A DNA stretch of 64,000 bases, from contig OZ024746.1 in NCBI GenBank assembly GCA_964016885.1, positions 6,076,001-6,140,000 on the forward strand. Reading direction: 5' to 3'. Both the position numbers and the translations under genes were made by a program. Origin of the DNA: Eledone cirrhosa. Taxonomy: Eukaryota. Below the pieces are notes generated by a model, which had not been told where the DNA came from, did not search any database, and worked only from the letters and a program-made list of their open reading frames with translations. Each line of letters begins with the position of its first letter. Positions within the stretch are counted from its first letter, which is position 1. This document shows, piece by piece, positions 42,561 to 58,599 of this stretch.

Positions 42561-44622
42561 GGAGGTGAGTTTTATTGTAGTACAATAAAGCAATGCAGAT
42601 ATCGGATAATAAGCACTCTACAGTTTGTAGGACTGGAGTATACATAATATATAAGAACAAAAGATGGTTAAAAGAGTTCCATGTATTTTATTATGCGCAT
42701 TTAAAAAACAAATATCATCATGCAATAATATTTGTGTTTTCATCAGATAAAACATGAAGACATGATATGAAGGTTAAAAAACACTTGTGGATAGTTCAGT
42801 TTTAAATAAACATATGAGAAGTAGTTTTAGATTGATGTGTGATATTGGGAAAAATATTTTATTTAGAGGGGGGGGGAGGATGAAAAAGAGGAGGAGATGA
42901 GAGTAAAAAGTGGAGAGGGAGGAGTATAATGAAGAAGGATGAGATAGGAGGAGAGATGGGTGATAGATAGAGAGAGATAGCTTTTATAACTGAGAAAGAT
43001 ATATTGTTTTACATAGAGAGGTTGAAAACCGTTGGAAGATAATGAATAAATTAAAAGAATTTGAAAATTAACGAAGAGAAAAATAATGTAAAGTTAAAGT
43101 TTGTATATTGAGGGGTTTGATAATATGTGCGATGAAAAAAGAAAATGTTAATATGTATTGAGAATAATGTTTAAGGGTTTAATAATATGTGCGATGTTAA
43201 GAAGATGTTGATATGTATTATTAAAAGGAACAACAGGTTATTTAAGTAAGGAAATATTGTGATGAAAGGGAGAACGAATAATGAATTGAGGATGAATAAT
43301 CTAACGTCAAAAAAATGTATATGTTTACGAAGGATTTTTACAAGGTGATATAGAGTAAGAATGTATTGTATTATGTAATAATTGATTCTATGTTAGGCAA
43401 GAGTGAGAAAAGGTACAGATTAGGGGTTAGACTTAAAAGAAGAAGAGAAGAATGATTAACAAGTATTATAGAATGTATAATAACCTTTGAAATAAGGTAG
43501 AAAGATGGGTATATTTTTAAAAGAAGTGTATATATATATATATGTGCCTTTGAGAAAAAATTCTAAATTGATAAAGAATTGAATATTAGCTGTATACTTT
43601 GTGAAATGTTTTATGGAATGTATGCAAGCAGATAGAAAACAAGTCAGTGCGTCTAAATATTATAGAATCTAAATTAGAAATAATGGTAAATTTTTCATTT
43701 AGGCAGAGATTACAAATTTTGGATAGAGAACTGTTCAAGACGCAGAAGAAACCTTCTTCCAAAAGATGCTATATTTAATATTTTTGTCTTTCAAGGACCA
43801 TATGAATTCTGAGAGAGCCGTGTTGGTTCTTTTAAGTTTGTATTTAAAAGACGAATGATGGTTATAAAGACGAGCTTTAAAGAGGTGGAAGTGGAGCCAA
43901 AATAGGTGAAGGAATTGGTGTCAGTTATAACTTTACATTCGTAAATTAAGTTTTTATCAAGACAATGGTTGTTGAGAGGACATTTATTTTTAATAGGGCA
44001 ATTGCAATTGCGATTAGAGAGATTATTAATGAGTGACCTAGTGTTATCTATAGAAGGAATTGGATTGGAGAAGTTATTTGCGATAGGAATAATAGTTTCT
44101 TGATTTAGAATGGGATTAAGAACATTTAGCGAAGTTGTGTTTGACATTGTATTTGGGTTTGTAGAAATTAGCCTAGGGTTTACAATGACGTCGGGAGTAC
44201 TATTATTATGATATTCAGTGCTGGAAGGAAGAGATTTAGTATTTAGTATTTTATTGTTGTGTTTAGAGATAATGTTGGAAATGTTGGAGGATGTAGAATA
44301 GGAAAGTTTTATAGTGTGTTTGTTAAATATTTTACTATAGATATGTGAAGGAGGGAAGCATTTATTTAAGGCACTAAAGAATAATTTAGGAATATTGTTA
44401 TTAATAGAGATGGAGAAAGGAGCATTATACCAGATTATGTTTTTGTATCTAGGTCTTTTATTAAAGTTATTGGAATGATCATGATTAATTATTCTACTGT
44501 AATTTCTTCTAGAATTTGTTTCTTTGATGCTAACGCCAATTATTATCATAATGCGCTTTCTAAAGCCGGCTATCCTGATAAAATTAAATATAGTAAAGAA
44601 ACAAATTCTAGAAGAAATTACA
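42560..44622 (-). mobile_element. 5'-truncated PLE with inverted 5' segment (44526-44622)
   Basis: Minus 44525-43590 encodes WYNAPFS, FNKHTIKLSYS, CNCPIKNKCPL, IYEC..YFGST and CNLCLNEK; an HHR-like motif lies downstream. Confidence 0.88.
42685..42752 (-). ncRNA. Decayed type I HHR (canonical CTGATGA core but G12U)
   Basis: TTTTAT-CTGATGA-AAAcACAAATAT...ATATTTGTtTTT-TAA-ATGCGCAT-A-ATAAAA. Confidence 0.65.
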
Positions 44623-44697
44623 AGGACTGGAGGCTGTTTCCCCTACGGAGGAAAGTATTCAGCCAAAGACGAAAAAAGTAAAGAAAATAATAATCAT

Positions 44698-44880
44698 AAT
44701 TGTTTCTACTTTTGGCACAAGGCCAGCAATTATCCCAGAGCATTACTGGTACTTTATTTTATCGACCCCGTAAGGATGAAAGGCAAAGTTAACCTCGGCG
44801 GGATTTGAACTCAGATCATAAAGGGAGGTAACTCTATGCTTCAAAGCATGGCTCCCGACCCTCTACCGATACTGCTAATC
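44698..44880 (-). mobile_element. SINE, full length
   Basis: Match to the SINE consensus. Confidence 0.85.
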
Positions 44881-45001
44881 CTTTAATTTCCTCAGGAAAA
44901 AAATAAAAACCAAATTTCTGTCGTGGGAATTAATCTCAGTGAATATAGTCCATATAATAGGTGTACATAATATTCATTTATAAACTGTCAGCAGTTTATA
45001 A

Positions 45002-45104
<103 letters not shown>

Positions 45105-45329
45105 AATCGATTGACAAGATCCCAAACCCCACTCGTTTACCGACTGGGTGGAACTTCGTCAAATCGGATTGTTGACACTATCTACCGAACGCAACTCCTG
45201 GCAGAAAGAACAACGTGAAATAAAATGTCTGACATAACCCATCATTAGCCTTAATAAAATTAATATTAAAACTCTACTTTGGTATTAGCTACTCTTTTCT
45301 CGCAGCCGGCACCCACATACGGATATCGC

Positions 45330-45788
45330 CCTCACTCTACTCCCACCTCATTGTTTCCCTCGCCTGACCTTCTAGCAGTCTTTTTCTCACTTACACTTGC
45401 GTGGGTCAGTCACGTCTTTTTTCGTTCGATCACACGCTCTCAAACTTAGGTTCTGTTACCGCTCTGGTCTTCGATCTCTTGCCTTCAGTTGCTGCACATT
45501 CTTCACTTTATTGTTTTTTCGCTGTTTCCCTTTTCTTCTCTTTTTTCCCTTTTCCCTTCTATTTTCCTTCCCTCTCTCCTCCGCTTTCCCAATAACTTAC
45601 CCAGTTATTGAACGCTCAGGGCGGTAGATATATTGTCTTTAAAGCGTTAACATATCCGAGACCCCAGTAGACAACTGGTGAGGAAAACTCCCCCCCCCCC
45701 ACCACCCCCGTTCTTGCTTTCTTCTTATTCTCATTTCATTTTTAAGCTTAACTTTACACGCAGCTACACAGCCATCCTATTCTCCATC

Positions 45789-45795
<7 letters not shown>
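45330..45795 (+). repeat. Dispersed repeat ending in (TA)n; second copy at about 61580-62020
   Basis: Shared CTCGCCTGACC..TAGCAGT..TTCTCACTTAC and ATATATTGTCTTTAAAGCG..GAGACCCCAGTAGACAACTG; probably a PLE 3' end. Confidence 0.7.
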
Positions 45796-45837
<42 letters not shown>

Positions 45838-46053
45838 AAAATGGAACGGGAACAAAACAGAGAGGCAGTACAAACATATATATATATAACATAGGAAACG
45901 GAGAATCAGTGGTCCGACGAATTAAAATTTATTAGACATATTACATTCGGTTCTCTGGTGACCAGCTCGAGGTACGATCGATGCGATGATCGAACCTGAC
46001 TCTGAAATCGTAAAATTCCCGGATATGTTTCGATTCTACGAAGCAGAGTTTCC

Positions 46054-46144
<91 letters not shown>

Positions 46145-46731
46145 TGATTTATTTAATATTTGTAAATTAATATTTTGTTCTTACATTTATACGTATTATA
46201 GTATTCCTCTTATTAATATTTTAGTATTTATATTATCGGCTCAAGTGTTTATTTATGATTTTTCAAAACAAAACGTTTTTTTTTAAATATTAATTTTCGA
46301 AAATGTTTTTTCAGAAAGTTTGTTTTTTTCTGTTTGGTCTGTGAATTCTCTACGTTTATCTAAATTGTAAATAAGATTTATCCTCAGTTTTTAGTATTAC
46401 ATTTCTTCTGATTTTTTTTCTCAGAATTCTTTCTGACTTTTTTTAATTCTTGATACTTTCTTCAAAACTTTACCATAAATTATTTTTAGAAATTGATTCT
46501 CTAAAAATGCTTATGCATATTCTCTGAATATATTTTCTTGATGTATTTTCTCTGATTTAACAATTTTTCTGTACTTTTTAATCCAAAACTTGCCATTTCT
46601 CGTGTAGAAAATTCTGCTTTGGAAATGTATATTTGAAGTTTCTACTAATATTTCGAACATAATCTTTAATTCATAAAGCTTTGAAAATCAATCTCAGCTG
46701 ATATACGTCAGCTTTTAAATTTACAGACTGT

Positions 46732-46795
<64 letters not shown>

Positions 46796-46924
46796 CATAT
46801 ATATATACATATATATATATATGTATATATATATAAGTATGTATACGTACGTACATACATATATATATACAGACGTACAGTAGTATATATATATACATAC
46901 ATGCACACATATATATATGTACGT

Positions 46925-47530
46925 ATGGATTCACCGAACATTTATTATAATGATCGGTGTGTTTGCAAACAAACATCCCGAATTAAGCCGTAGTGTCTAG
47001 CAACCATCGTTGCTCATTTGTTCAACACTGACAAAGGAACGCTGTACTAGTTTCAAGCTTATTAGCTATCGTCAGCAACGCATACCTTCCTGACAGATGA
47101 TTGAACGTCTGAAAGTATATACTTTCCTTTAAATTTCTATGTTCTCTAATTTACCCTTATGTTCTAATAAGGGTAAATTAGAGAACATAGAAATAAAAAT
47201 AGAATCTACACACAGAAAAGACGCAATGTTTAGACAAATCACAGAGGCAATAAACATAAAAGAATTACAACCAAAATTAAATAGAAAATATGAGTGGAAC
47301 AGCAACATCACAACTTACAATTAAGGACAAAATGAAAACACACACACACATAGAACAAACAACCAACCGGTAACATGTAAATAAACAAATAAATAAACGA
47401 ATATAAACACACACAGACACCCGGATGTGGCGCATGCGCAGACTGTTTTCAGACCTGGAGAGAGAGATGAGCTCTGCCAGGTTTACAAATGCCCAGACTT
47501 CATCGGAAGTTACGGAACCATACCATAGCA
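46925..47530 (+). mobile_element. Short PLE insertion: inverted pLTR, junction hairpin (47134-47195), GIY-YIG C-terminus
   Basis: 47160-47324 encodes RQITEAINIKELQPKLNRKYEW; hairpin ATTTCTATGTTCTCTAATTTACCCTTAT / ATAAGGGTAAATTAGAGAACATAGAAAT. Confidence 0.75.
47040..47080 (-). ncRNA. Minimal type I HHR with canonical core
   Basis: CGTTG-CTGACGA-tAGCTaataAGCTt-GAA-ACTAGT-A-CAGCG. Confidence 0.82.
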
Positions 47531-47689
47531 TACATGTATAACGGAGGCAAGTGAATGAAGGATCTGCTAAGATAGCCAGCCAAAAGTCAGGAATAGGAAC
47601 GGATGAATTTCAACTAGTTAAAGTAAAAACAAAACAAAACAGAACCTGCAAGTCGAATTCCGATACTGTAGACATCTGTTTAGAGTATC

Positions 47690-47925
47690 TCAGGAAGGTA
47701 TCTCTGGACAGATTTTACGGGCCAAACCAACTTGCAGGAAACCAAAAGCGTCGACCTCGATGGTTGGATAACATCCATGAGCTTGGCTGGTCTCACTTGG
47801 GGATCCAGCCGTGTTTGTCGGAGACGGTTGCTTCTGACAAGACCTGCTGGAAGGAGTGTTTTAGAACTTCACCCCCCCCCCCGCCTATTTCAGGAACAGG
47901 AATAAGTTTGCGAAGAAGAAGAAGT
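47690..47925 (+). mobile_element. RTE-type LINE 3' end with short GAA tail
   Basis: Encodes GNQKRRPRWLDNI; similar to 1445-1760. Confidence 0.65.
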
Positions 47926-50900
47926 CAAGTTTGTATTATAATTTCTGTTTCTATATTTTTACATTTCCGTCAAGTATGTATTATATTTTTCGTTTTTATA
48001 TTTACATTTTTGTCAAGCCTGTATTAAAGATTTCGTTTTTATATTTACATTTTCGTCAAGCCTGTATTATAATTTTCGTTTCTGTTTTCTCCTAGTGCCG
48101 TAAAACATGTTTCGGCTTATATTTTATAGAAATCTAAAGTAAAGCATATCTTTAAAATAATGATATAACTGCTGCGAAACATCGATAACTACTACATCGT
48201 CTGCATATTACAACTTCCCATAACTCCAAATGTGTGATGAATGCATGGTAATTTACATCTTAAACGATTAGTCTTCTTTTGCAAGACATTTTTCTTTCAA
48301 CTTCTAAAATACTTCCTAAGGTCAGCACGCATTTTAGTTTTCTATAATGGCAAATAATATCCAAGTTGTTAATTTAGAGAAAGTATTTAAGGACAATTAG
48401 AAGACAAATCGGTATCGAACAGCGTTGAGAAGATCATAATACTTCGTAATACCTACCATTAAATACACACTTTTGGAAAATAATATATTTGAAGAAAGGC
48501 CTATTTTAATATTAGTGATAGAAAAAGGCTATATCGAACAACATTTTACTGTTCCTGGAAACTCCTAATTCAGAGATATGGTTTAAAATAATGGTTAAGG
48601 AAAATTTATATTGAACCGGTTACCCATATACACGGCCGCAATTGTGAGCAATCATATAATCAAATATCTGAGGAACAACAATATTTTATATCTCGTACTT
48701 AAAAAGTAATGTACATATTTATTAATCTTATTAATTATCACGTTTACACACTGCCATAAATATTTAAATAGATGTCGTTTCAATCAACACAGTAAAATAA
48801 CTGTATCATTAAATAGAGATGAAAGACATTGTCAGCCACAGATGTATAATAACTGAAAATATAAAGAAACGGAACTAAATACTACATTTTGTATGAGTTA
48901 CAAAATTATACATATTATGGGGGTCAAATGTCAATTATATGACCGACAGTCTTTTATGTTATCGACGGAAGCAAGGCATTGTCTATCAAGAAGAGCTTCA
49001 AACTCACAAAGTAAAAGGACACAAATAATTGTATCTGATTTAGACAAAAGGCCAACAACTTTAGGGTATGGGGCAGGTCGATTAAATCGACCCCAAAGGA
49101 AATGCTGTATCATTAAAACTAAATGGAAAAAAACTGATAGTATATATTTGGAATGAAAATATATCGAAGAATACGTCTAACTTCTTAGCCACCAAAATCT
49201 ATGTTAGTATAATCAATAAATGAAAGGTTACAAACATCTTAGTGTTACAGTAAGTATTTAACAATTGAATGGAGTATGTTTTAGCATAAAACACAATATC
49301 ATAATAGATTCGATCTAGAAATTAACTAAACTATTACAGTAAATAAATAATAATTTGTTACTGTTTTAGGCACAGGGCCAACAATATGGTGGGGAGGAGC
49401 AAGTCGATTAAATTAACCCCAGTGCATTACTGGTATTTTATTTTATCGACCTCGTAATGATGAAAGGCAAAGCTAACTTCGGTGAGATTTGAATTTAGAA
49501 TTTCATCTTAATATTGTACATTATTATATAAAGGAAATATGAAAGACACTATACAGCGTCGATATGTTCGTATTTTTGAAAAATCAATTATTTTTCACTG
49601 ATGAAAAACTAAAAAGATGTGTTTTTCGGATCAGTAATTGTGAAACCAATATATAACATTACTCCAGACGAAAAGAAGCATAAAGAAAACATTTTTCTCG
49701 GATTAAAATGTATTACCGTATGAATTATGTTATGAGTAAAAGAATACTTACTAGGAAAAATCATCTGTATATATAATATGTTTAGATATATGACATATAT
49801 ATATATTATATATATATATATATATGACGCAAAGAGTTACAGCCCTTTCCATTCTGAGTTCAAATCCCGCCGAGGTGAACTTTGCCTTTCATCCTTACGT
49901 GGTCGATAAAATAAAGTACCAGTAATACACTGGATAATTGCTGGCCTTGTGCCAAAAGTAGAAACAATTATATATATATATATGGAAATAATTTTTAAAT
50001 AATTAAAATATACAGGGACATGTGTATATATATCTACAATTAGGAAAGCCACTCACGCAATAGAAGATAGACATAGACTGAACAGAAAACACGAGTGGAA
50101 GAGTAACAACCTGCAACTTCAACACTGAAGACAGAATAAGGGAACAATGACACAAACAGCAACAGATACGATACCCCACACACATAATCACGACAAACAC
50201 AAACACACACACGCACACACAGTCGAAGGCACAGGCGTGAATGCATGCGCTGACACGATTCAGGAAAAACGCACCACAAAACAAATACAAGATGGAATAG
50301 ACGTTTAAGAGCGAAAAGAAGAGGAAACATAAATAAGGTAGTCATTGAGAAGGTCACAGAATGTGTGACGGAAGAGCTTTCACAAACGAATGATTGACTA
50401 GCGATAAAGATAAATGGAACATTGTATGCTACGTGTGCTTCATCCTATTGGCCATCAACATGACCATCTCCAGATATAACAATACATATTTAATGGTGAG
50501 TAGACATTTGTGTAAAAATTCTCATAAATGACATAATTTCTTCACTGACAGCTTTATTTGAAAACTGGAATTGAAATATATTGTTTACATTTTTATATAC
50601 AACAGAAATGGATGTAAAATAGAGAACTTCATAATTGACAGAAGTTCTATTCTAGTAATTATAAGATGGATATTTATACAATATTTGTATTGTATAATTA
50701 AATCCTGTTTAAACTTTCCATATTGGCAGAGTCGTTTGAATGTCAAATAGTATACTTTGCGGTATTCGACTCTCCGCTCTCTGAGTTCAAATCAGCCGAG
50801 GTCAATAAAAAAAGTACCAGTCTAGTACTGGGGTCGATTCTTCCTTTATATCTCTTTCTCACTTCCATTTGCTCATTCACTTCATCCTTCTCTGGAAGAA

Positions 50901-51682
50901 ACCTGCTGTATTCAGACCTGGAAAAGATTGGACACTACCAGAAACGGAACCATGCAACCATTCCACAAATACATAGTACAGAACCAAATGTAACGTTGAA
51001 GTATAACGATATATAATTAATTATTAATATTTATTTACTACAGCGGCTGTATAGACATTGTCAGAGGTGTGTCTGGCAACATGCTTTGTCGCACACTGTT
51101 ACGACCCTTTACTTTCATAAAAGTACGAATAATCCACCGGGGTCGATTGAATCGACTGTGCCCTCAGCCAAGAATTTTTGGCCTTGTGCCTAAATCAAAA
51201 AGCATTATTTCCTTGTGGATTGGCAGTATCGGTAGAGGACCGGACACCATCCTTCGCAGTATAGAGTTACGGCCCTTTATGCTCTTAGTTCAAATATCGC
51301 CGAGGTTAACTTTGCCTTTCATCCTTACGGGGTCGATAAAATAAAGTACCAGTAATGCACTAGGGTCGATATAATCGACTTTCCCCTCCCCCAAAATGAC
51401 TGATCTTCTACCTATACTAGAAATCATTATTTCATGAATTGTCTGATGCGTCAACAGTTATCTAAGAAAACAGTAGAATAACATTAGTACAAAACTTATA
51501 GTATAATTCAAACTCTACTTATTGGTACTAACAAGAGTCAGTATCATTGTGTTCCATATTGGAGACTTACCTTCATACACTTTCCTCCAAACTCATTTTA
51601 CGATATGTAAGAGTAGAAACAAGTTGTCCAATTGACTTTAATAACATTTTATAGATTAAAGGAAGAGAATACATCTGTGACA

Positions 51683-51805
51683 AATTAAGGAGAAACCTAC
51701 AGATACTACATCTAGTGTATACCTTTATATTTATACCTGTAATTAAGGAGAAATCTACAGATACTACATCTAGTCTATACCTTTATATTTATACCTGTAA
51801 TTAAG
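51683..51805 (+). repeat. About 58-bp tandem duplication
   Basis: AATTAAGGAGAAA(C/T)CTACAGATACTACATCTAGT...TATACCTGT occurs twice. Confidence 0.9.
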
Positions 51806-51910
51806 TTTACTTGCTGTAGGTCATATATAAATGTATAGACAAGCACACACAAACACACACCACACACACATGCACAGACATACACACACATACACAAAAA
51901 CATACACACA

Positions 51911-51970
51911 CTTTCACCTGTTTATCACTGGGTCATCTTGTCTGATGATCCTGTGATAAACAGGCGATGA
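51911..51970. repeat. Mini fold-back centred on an HHR core
   Basis: CTTTCACCTGTTTATCACTGGGTCATC-ttgtct-GATGATCCTGTGATAAACAGGCGA; the two arms together give CTGATGA-T-CCTGTgataaACAGG-T-GAAA. Confidence 0.6.
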
Positions 51971-52044
51971 ATATTAAAATTTGACTGTGTCTCAGCCAAG
52001 AAAGCCACATATGGATAAATAAATAAATAAATAAATAAATAAAT

Positions 52045-52164
<120 letters not shown>

Positions 52165-52261
52165 GGTAAACAGAAATAACAACACAATCGGTACAGTATA
52201 TAGAAGAGATATATTAGGTTAACGCTTGATATAGCAGGAAGAGGGTCTTAACGTTTCATCC

Positions 52262-52552
52262 ACCATCTACTTCCTCCCCAAAATACACAAACAAAATAAT
52301 CCCGGCCGTCCTATCGTTTCTGGGTGCAACTGCTCTTCCGAGATAATTTCTGAATATTTATACACAATCCCCACCCCGTTAGTCGGCAATCTCCCCTCCC
52401 ACATCCACGATACAAATCATGCTCTGAGAATCTTCAACTCCTCCTTCCCTCCTGGTCCCACCCGCCTTCTCGTTACCCTGGACATCACCTCTCTCTATAC
52501 CGTCATCCCTCATGGTGACGGCCTCCGCGCTCTCCAACATTTTTTAGGATGC
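52262..52552 (+). pseudogene. PLE reverse transcriptase fragment of a second PLE type (absent from the ORF track)
   Basis: Open frame IYFLPKIHKQNNPGRPIVSGCNC...LVTLDITSLYTVIPHGDGLRAL; preceded by an inverted pLTR-like piece (52160-52258, related to 35980-36070). Confidence 0.88.
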
Positions 52553-53190
52553 ATATATTATATATGCATACATAGAAAAGTGCAAAAAAGTGCACTGCAC
52601 ATATGCATGCATACACATATATAATACATCACTATCTATTTAATGTTGTTCAACTTTCAACGAAGGTAAGTTTGTTTCTGGGTTACACACCGGCTTATTT
52701 TCTATTGGCGAGAAATTTAAAAAGAAAATATAAAAATTATAAGATTTACTTTGTATTTTGATTTCATTTTCTCAACTGTTTCATCTTTCTTGAGAATCTT
52801 CTACAAGTGTTATTTCAGTACAAACCCGCAGCAAATTATTTATTAAAACGTAAAGTGAAAGCTGTTGCACTCTAATGCACCAAATGTGTATATATCATCG
52901 CAGTACATAATCTCATTCGCTTCATTTATAAAACCTCTAACTTGGATTTATGCCACTAATATTCTACTATTTTATTTTACTTTATTTTATTTTTTATCGC
53001 ATTTGGCAATCATTAGCGTTGTTAGTTCTAGCAGACAAATTACTAGCTCAATGCATGTGTAATGGCGAGAGGGACAAAGATGTGCATATATCTCGGTGTA
53101 GAAAATAAATCTTTCAAGAGACATCGTTTGTAAAGTACAGAGTTTTATAGTTCTTGTCAACATTTCTCTATTTCGTCCATATACATCGAC

Positions 53191-53575
53191 TATAAGGTGG
53201 CACAAAAGTAACGCATCAATCTAATCACAATCTGTTTATATATGATTAACTCACAACAAAAAAAATATGGTACAATAATTGTTCAAAGTCTCACGTTCAT
53301 TACATTTCTGAAAACCAAACCAAAGAGAATGTTGTACATTATTCAAGATTTCCAGTGTCAACCTTCGTACATTGAACTCTAATGTTTTCTTTCAATTATT
53401 TAACACTATATCTCATTTACTTACAAAAATAACAAATATAAAGATATTACAGCTAAGTTTTATGTTACTGGTGCACGGTTTTTGCACCATTGCTCTATAT
53501 ACGGCTTTTGCACCACCTTCTGTATACGGCTTTTACACCACCTTATGTATACGGCTTTTGCACCACCCTCTGTAT
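53191..53575. mobile_element. Tc1-like MITE with its right terminus repeated as a 25-bp tandem
   Basis: Left end TAAGGTGGCACAAAAGT; right end TTTTGCACCA followed by three more TATACGGCTTTT(G/A)CACCACC units; body related to 34845-35095. Confidence 0.65.
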
Positions 53576-54388
53576 ACACCCGCATAATTACAAGGGTCTT
53601 TCACACACAGTTTACACCTACAATATTTCACCCACACGACATTCGTCGTCCAATAGAAGAAGAAGAAGAAGAAGACTATAAGTTTTATACATTTGCACAA
53701 TCGTTTCGAACCTGGAACTAAATGGCTGTGAAATGTGGGTCTTAATCCTACAGCCATAATTGCGCCATACTTCCTGAAAAGTAGTTAAAGCCGCTTTTTT
53801 AATTTAATTTTCAGGATTTCCACTCTGGTGTAAAACCTGTGATTTTTATTGATACTGACATCACGCTTGGAAAAACGCATCAGCATAGCAATAGAATAAT
53901 CTGATTGTGAAGAATCTCACTTCTTAAATTAATGGAATTACAATTTATATTTGCAAAGAAGGAATTTCCATTAATTACCAATGACTTTCTTGATCTTAGA
54001 CATAATATCCATTTTAAAGTAAATTGAGATATATAAATTTAACTAAAAATGTTGATAAGCTTCAGATTAATTTCATTATTCGTGAGTGAAGATTCAATAA
54101 ATATTTAGAGGAAACAATATGTTATTTTAGAACGGAAAAAACATGTCAAAATATGTCAATATATCGATTTAGTGTATATTTTGAACTCTGAAAAATAAAC
54201 CAAGAACAAAACAAACAGACTAATCAAATTAGAAATCTTTTACATTCTAATAAAAAAACATTAGTGATTTCATAGTGAACAAGATATTAAATCATATCGT
54301 TAGATTGCGAATATTATACAAGGAAAGAGAATTTTACCTCATATACCATATCGAGGAATCACCAGAAAACATCCACTATTGTATCATA

Positions 54389-54566
54389 CAAGGGTTGACT
54401 AAAATGTTCATAGATTGACCAAGATACTCTCATGGTTTTAGACCAAATGAGATGTATTTTTCAACAGAGTCCTTGGAAAGAAAGAATGCAGTTATTAATA
54501 AGAGTTGAAATTAATGCATGCAAGATTTCTCAGTTCTAGCATCATGAACCATTCAGTCGATTCTCG
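54389..54566. mobile_element. Mariner-like MITE with TA flanks
   Basis: TA|CAAGGGTTGACTAAAATGTTCAT ... ATGAACCATTCAGTCGATTCTCG|TA. Confidence 0.65.
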
Positions 54567-56448
54567 TATTCCACACATAAATGTTCATTTATGTGGTGGT
54601 GGGGGTGGGGTTCTACACTTTACGCAGAATATCTAAATAATTAACATTCTCATTTAAGACTTATGAACAATTTCCTTAAGAAATTAATCTCAGAATTTAG
54701 ACACATTTGAAATAGTGGGAATGATTTTGATGATGATTCTTAATTTAGGCCCCAGCAATTCGTCCAGTATTTAACTGGTACTTTATTTTAACGAACCCGG
54801 AAGGGCGAAATGTAAAGTTGATCCCGGTGTTATTTGAACTTGAACTCTACTTCATTTTAATAAAAAGAACATTGTTGTCTCGAGACAATGTTGATCGAGA
54901 CAAAGCGAGAGTGCACTTGAATGCATATAAAATGAGAAAGCTCATCGCAAGAACAGCCGTTAAAAAACCAAAGTCAAAGACAGTGATGAGCAAAATGCCT
55001 CAAATGACAGAGACCAGCGGTCAGTGGTCGACATAGACAATCCATAAGGTGGGTGACAGGCAGATTAAATATAGAAAATATTGAAAGAGGAGGAGGACAA
55101 GGAGAAGTGTGTTGGTACACAGAAGTGACTGGAAGAAGGAAATAAAGAAAGGTGATGTTTAAGACAAGTTTACACATCTTCACCCTCATTAGCTCTCAAA
55201 CCAGCAAAATGGTTTCGCATGATTTAATTCAGTGTAATATTTTAGATACTATTTTAATAATTGTTTCTACGTTAGGCACAAGGCCAGCAATTACCCAGTG
55301 TATTACTGGTACTTTATTTTATCGACCCCGTAAGGATGAAAGGCAAAGTAATAATATTTGTAGAAACTATTCTCTGTCCACAAGTCAGTTTAGCATGTCT
55401 ATCATGAATAACTATAAGGTTATCATATTCTGATTCTTTCTGTAAAATATTTGACCGCAGATTTCTTCAATGAATATGAAATCGTACAGTCAAAGTAAAG
55501 TTTTATTTAGCCAAGCTAAATATATTGTTTGATCTTTCTGTTATTAAAACCTTTTTTCGAGATGTAATAAATCTTGATTATTAAAATAAAATACAATGCA
55601 ATATAATCTTTGTAATCGTGAAAGATTAAACTGTTTTTGTTGTTTTTCAGTCCGCACTAGTTCCTGATAGAATCGACTCATGATCAACAATTCTCCGGCT
55701 ATGAGCTCTGGATCTTTTGTTAAGATATAATCTATATGGCGTTACCTATTGAATGTCACAGTGGAGCGAGAGAGCGTAAGCTACTATTCTTTTGAAGATT
55801 AAAGGACCATATACACTTGGCAGTAATGGAGTTACTGAGTTTCAGTAGTTACGTTCGTGGATTACACAGCCCCCACCAAGGACGACAATTTTAATAAGAA
55901 ACCACTATATCTTGAAAGAAAGAACAAATTGCATTTGAATATGCTGTCATTCCTGAACATATGCGTGGAATTTGATTGTGACTGCTGATGAGAAATAAAT
56001 GCAGTTTTCAAATGTGTTTTCTCTTTTCGAGCCGTGACATGATGAAGAGAAATTCATAAAAAATAATACAAAACAAAACCAAATAGATTCAAACAATTTA
56101 ACAGTGAGCAGCAAGGGAAAATAAACTATAAAATATGTAGAGAAAATGCATGAAGTAATTATCTATTTTATCGATTTACACCTCAAGCAGATGTGATTAG
56201 TTAACAAAAAATATATTTTTTGTTGGGAAATAACTGTTTGTTTTATATTGCGTAACTTATTTCATAGTATGTAGATCGCAATCAGAAAGCTGTGTTCCGT
56301 TGTAACTTAAAATTGCAGGGTAATGTTTATTATTGTTGCATAGTAACGCAATTGCACACAAAATTGTCATAAAAATACGTATGTACGCAAATACAAATTT
56401 GAAATTTATTTTGAAAACAAAGGTATTCAACCCCCACACACATAGACA

Positions 56449-57890
<1,442 letters not shown>

Positions 57891-57894
57891 ATTC

Positions 57895-57935
<41 letters not shown>

Positions 57936-58255
57936 GATTTGCTTCGAAATCACTAGACGTATCTGAGGAACTTGCGAATCCAGAATCAGGTTCAATCCAC
58001 AAACAGATCGCACCTCGAGCTGTTCACCGAAGAAACATTTGTTATACGTAATAAATTTGTGTTCAGATGTATCACTGATTCTTCGTTTTCTATATACACA
58101 TATATATATATGTACGTGTTAACTCCGATTTAACACTACTACAATCCCCAAACACTAGTAAACCTATATATATTAATGACTTACTGTGTCACCCGGCATT
58201 TCATACATAGAAAAACAGTTCTAGTCCTATAGAAGCCATTTCTATATTAGATATG

Positions 58256-58324
<69 letters not shown>

Positions 58325-58333
<9 letters not shown>

Positions 58334-58455
58334 GACGTAAAATAAGAAAATTTTAAAAATTAAAAATCAACTTACTTACTAAAATTTTCACTCCATTTTA
58401 GTAAGTAAGTTGATTTTTAATTTTTAAAATGTTCTTATTTTACGTCTTTCATATA
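58325..58455. repeat. Fold-back with about 60-bp arms adjoining (TA)n
   Basis: TATGAAAGACGTAAAATAAG...TAAAAT(9)ATTTTA...CTTATTTTACGTCTTTCATA. Confidence 0.9.
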
Positions 58456-58599
58456 ATTGTTCTGCATCCCCCTGCATAGAACCACAAAGGTACTAAGACA
58501 TAACATATATATTTGCTAGCATAGGTGAACATCTGTACACATATGTTGGTAAATGTACTAATTCTCTCTCTCTCTATATATATATATATACATCGAAAT

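Noticed and set aside
53470-53575. Short repeats resembling a CRISPR array
   Set aside because: There are no unique spacers, the context is eukaryotic, and the repeats derive from a TIR
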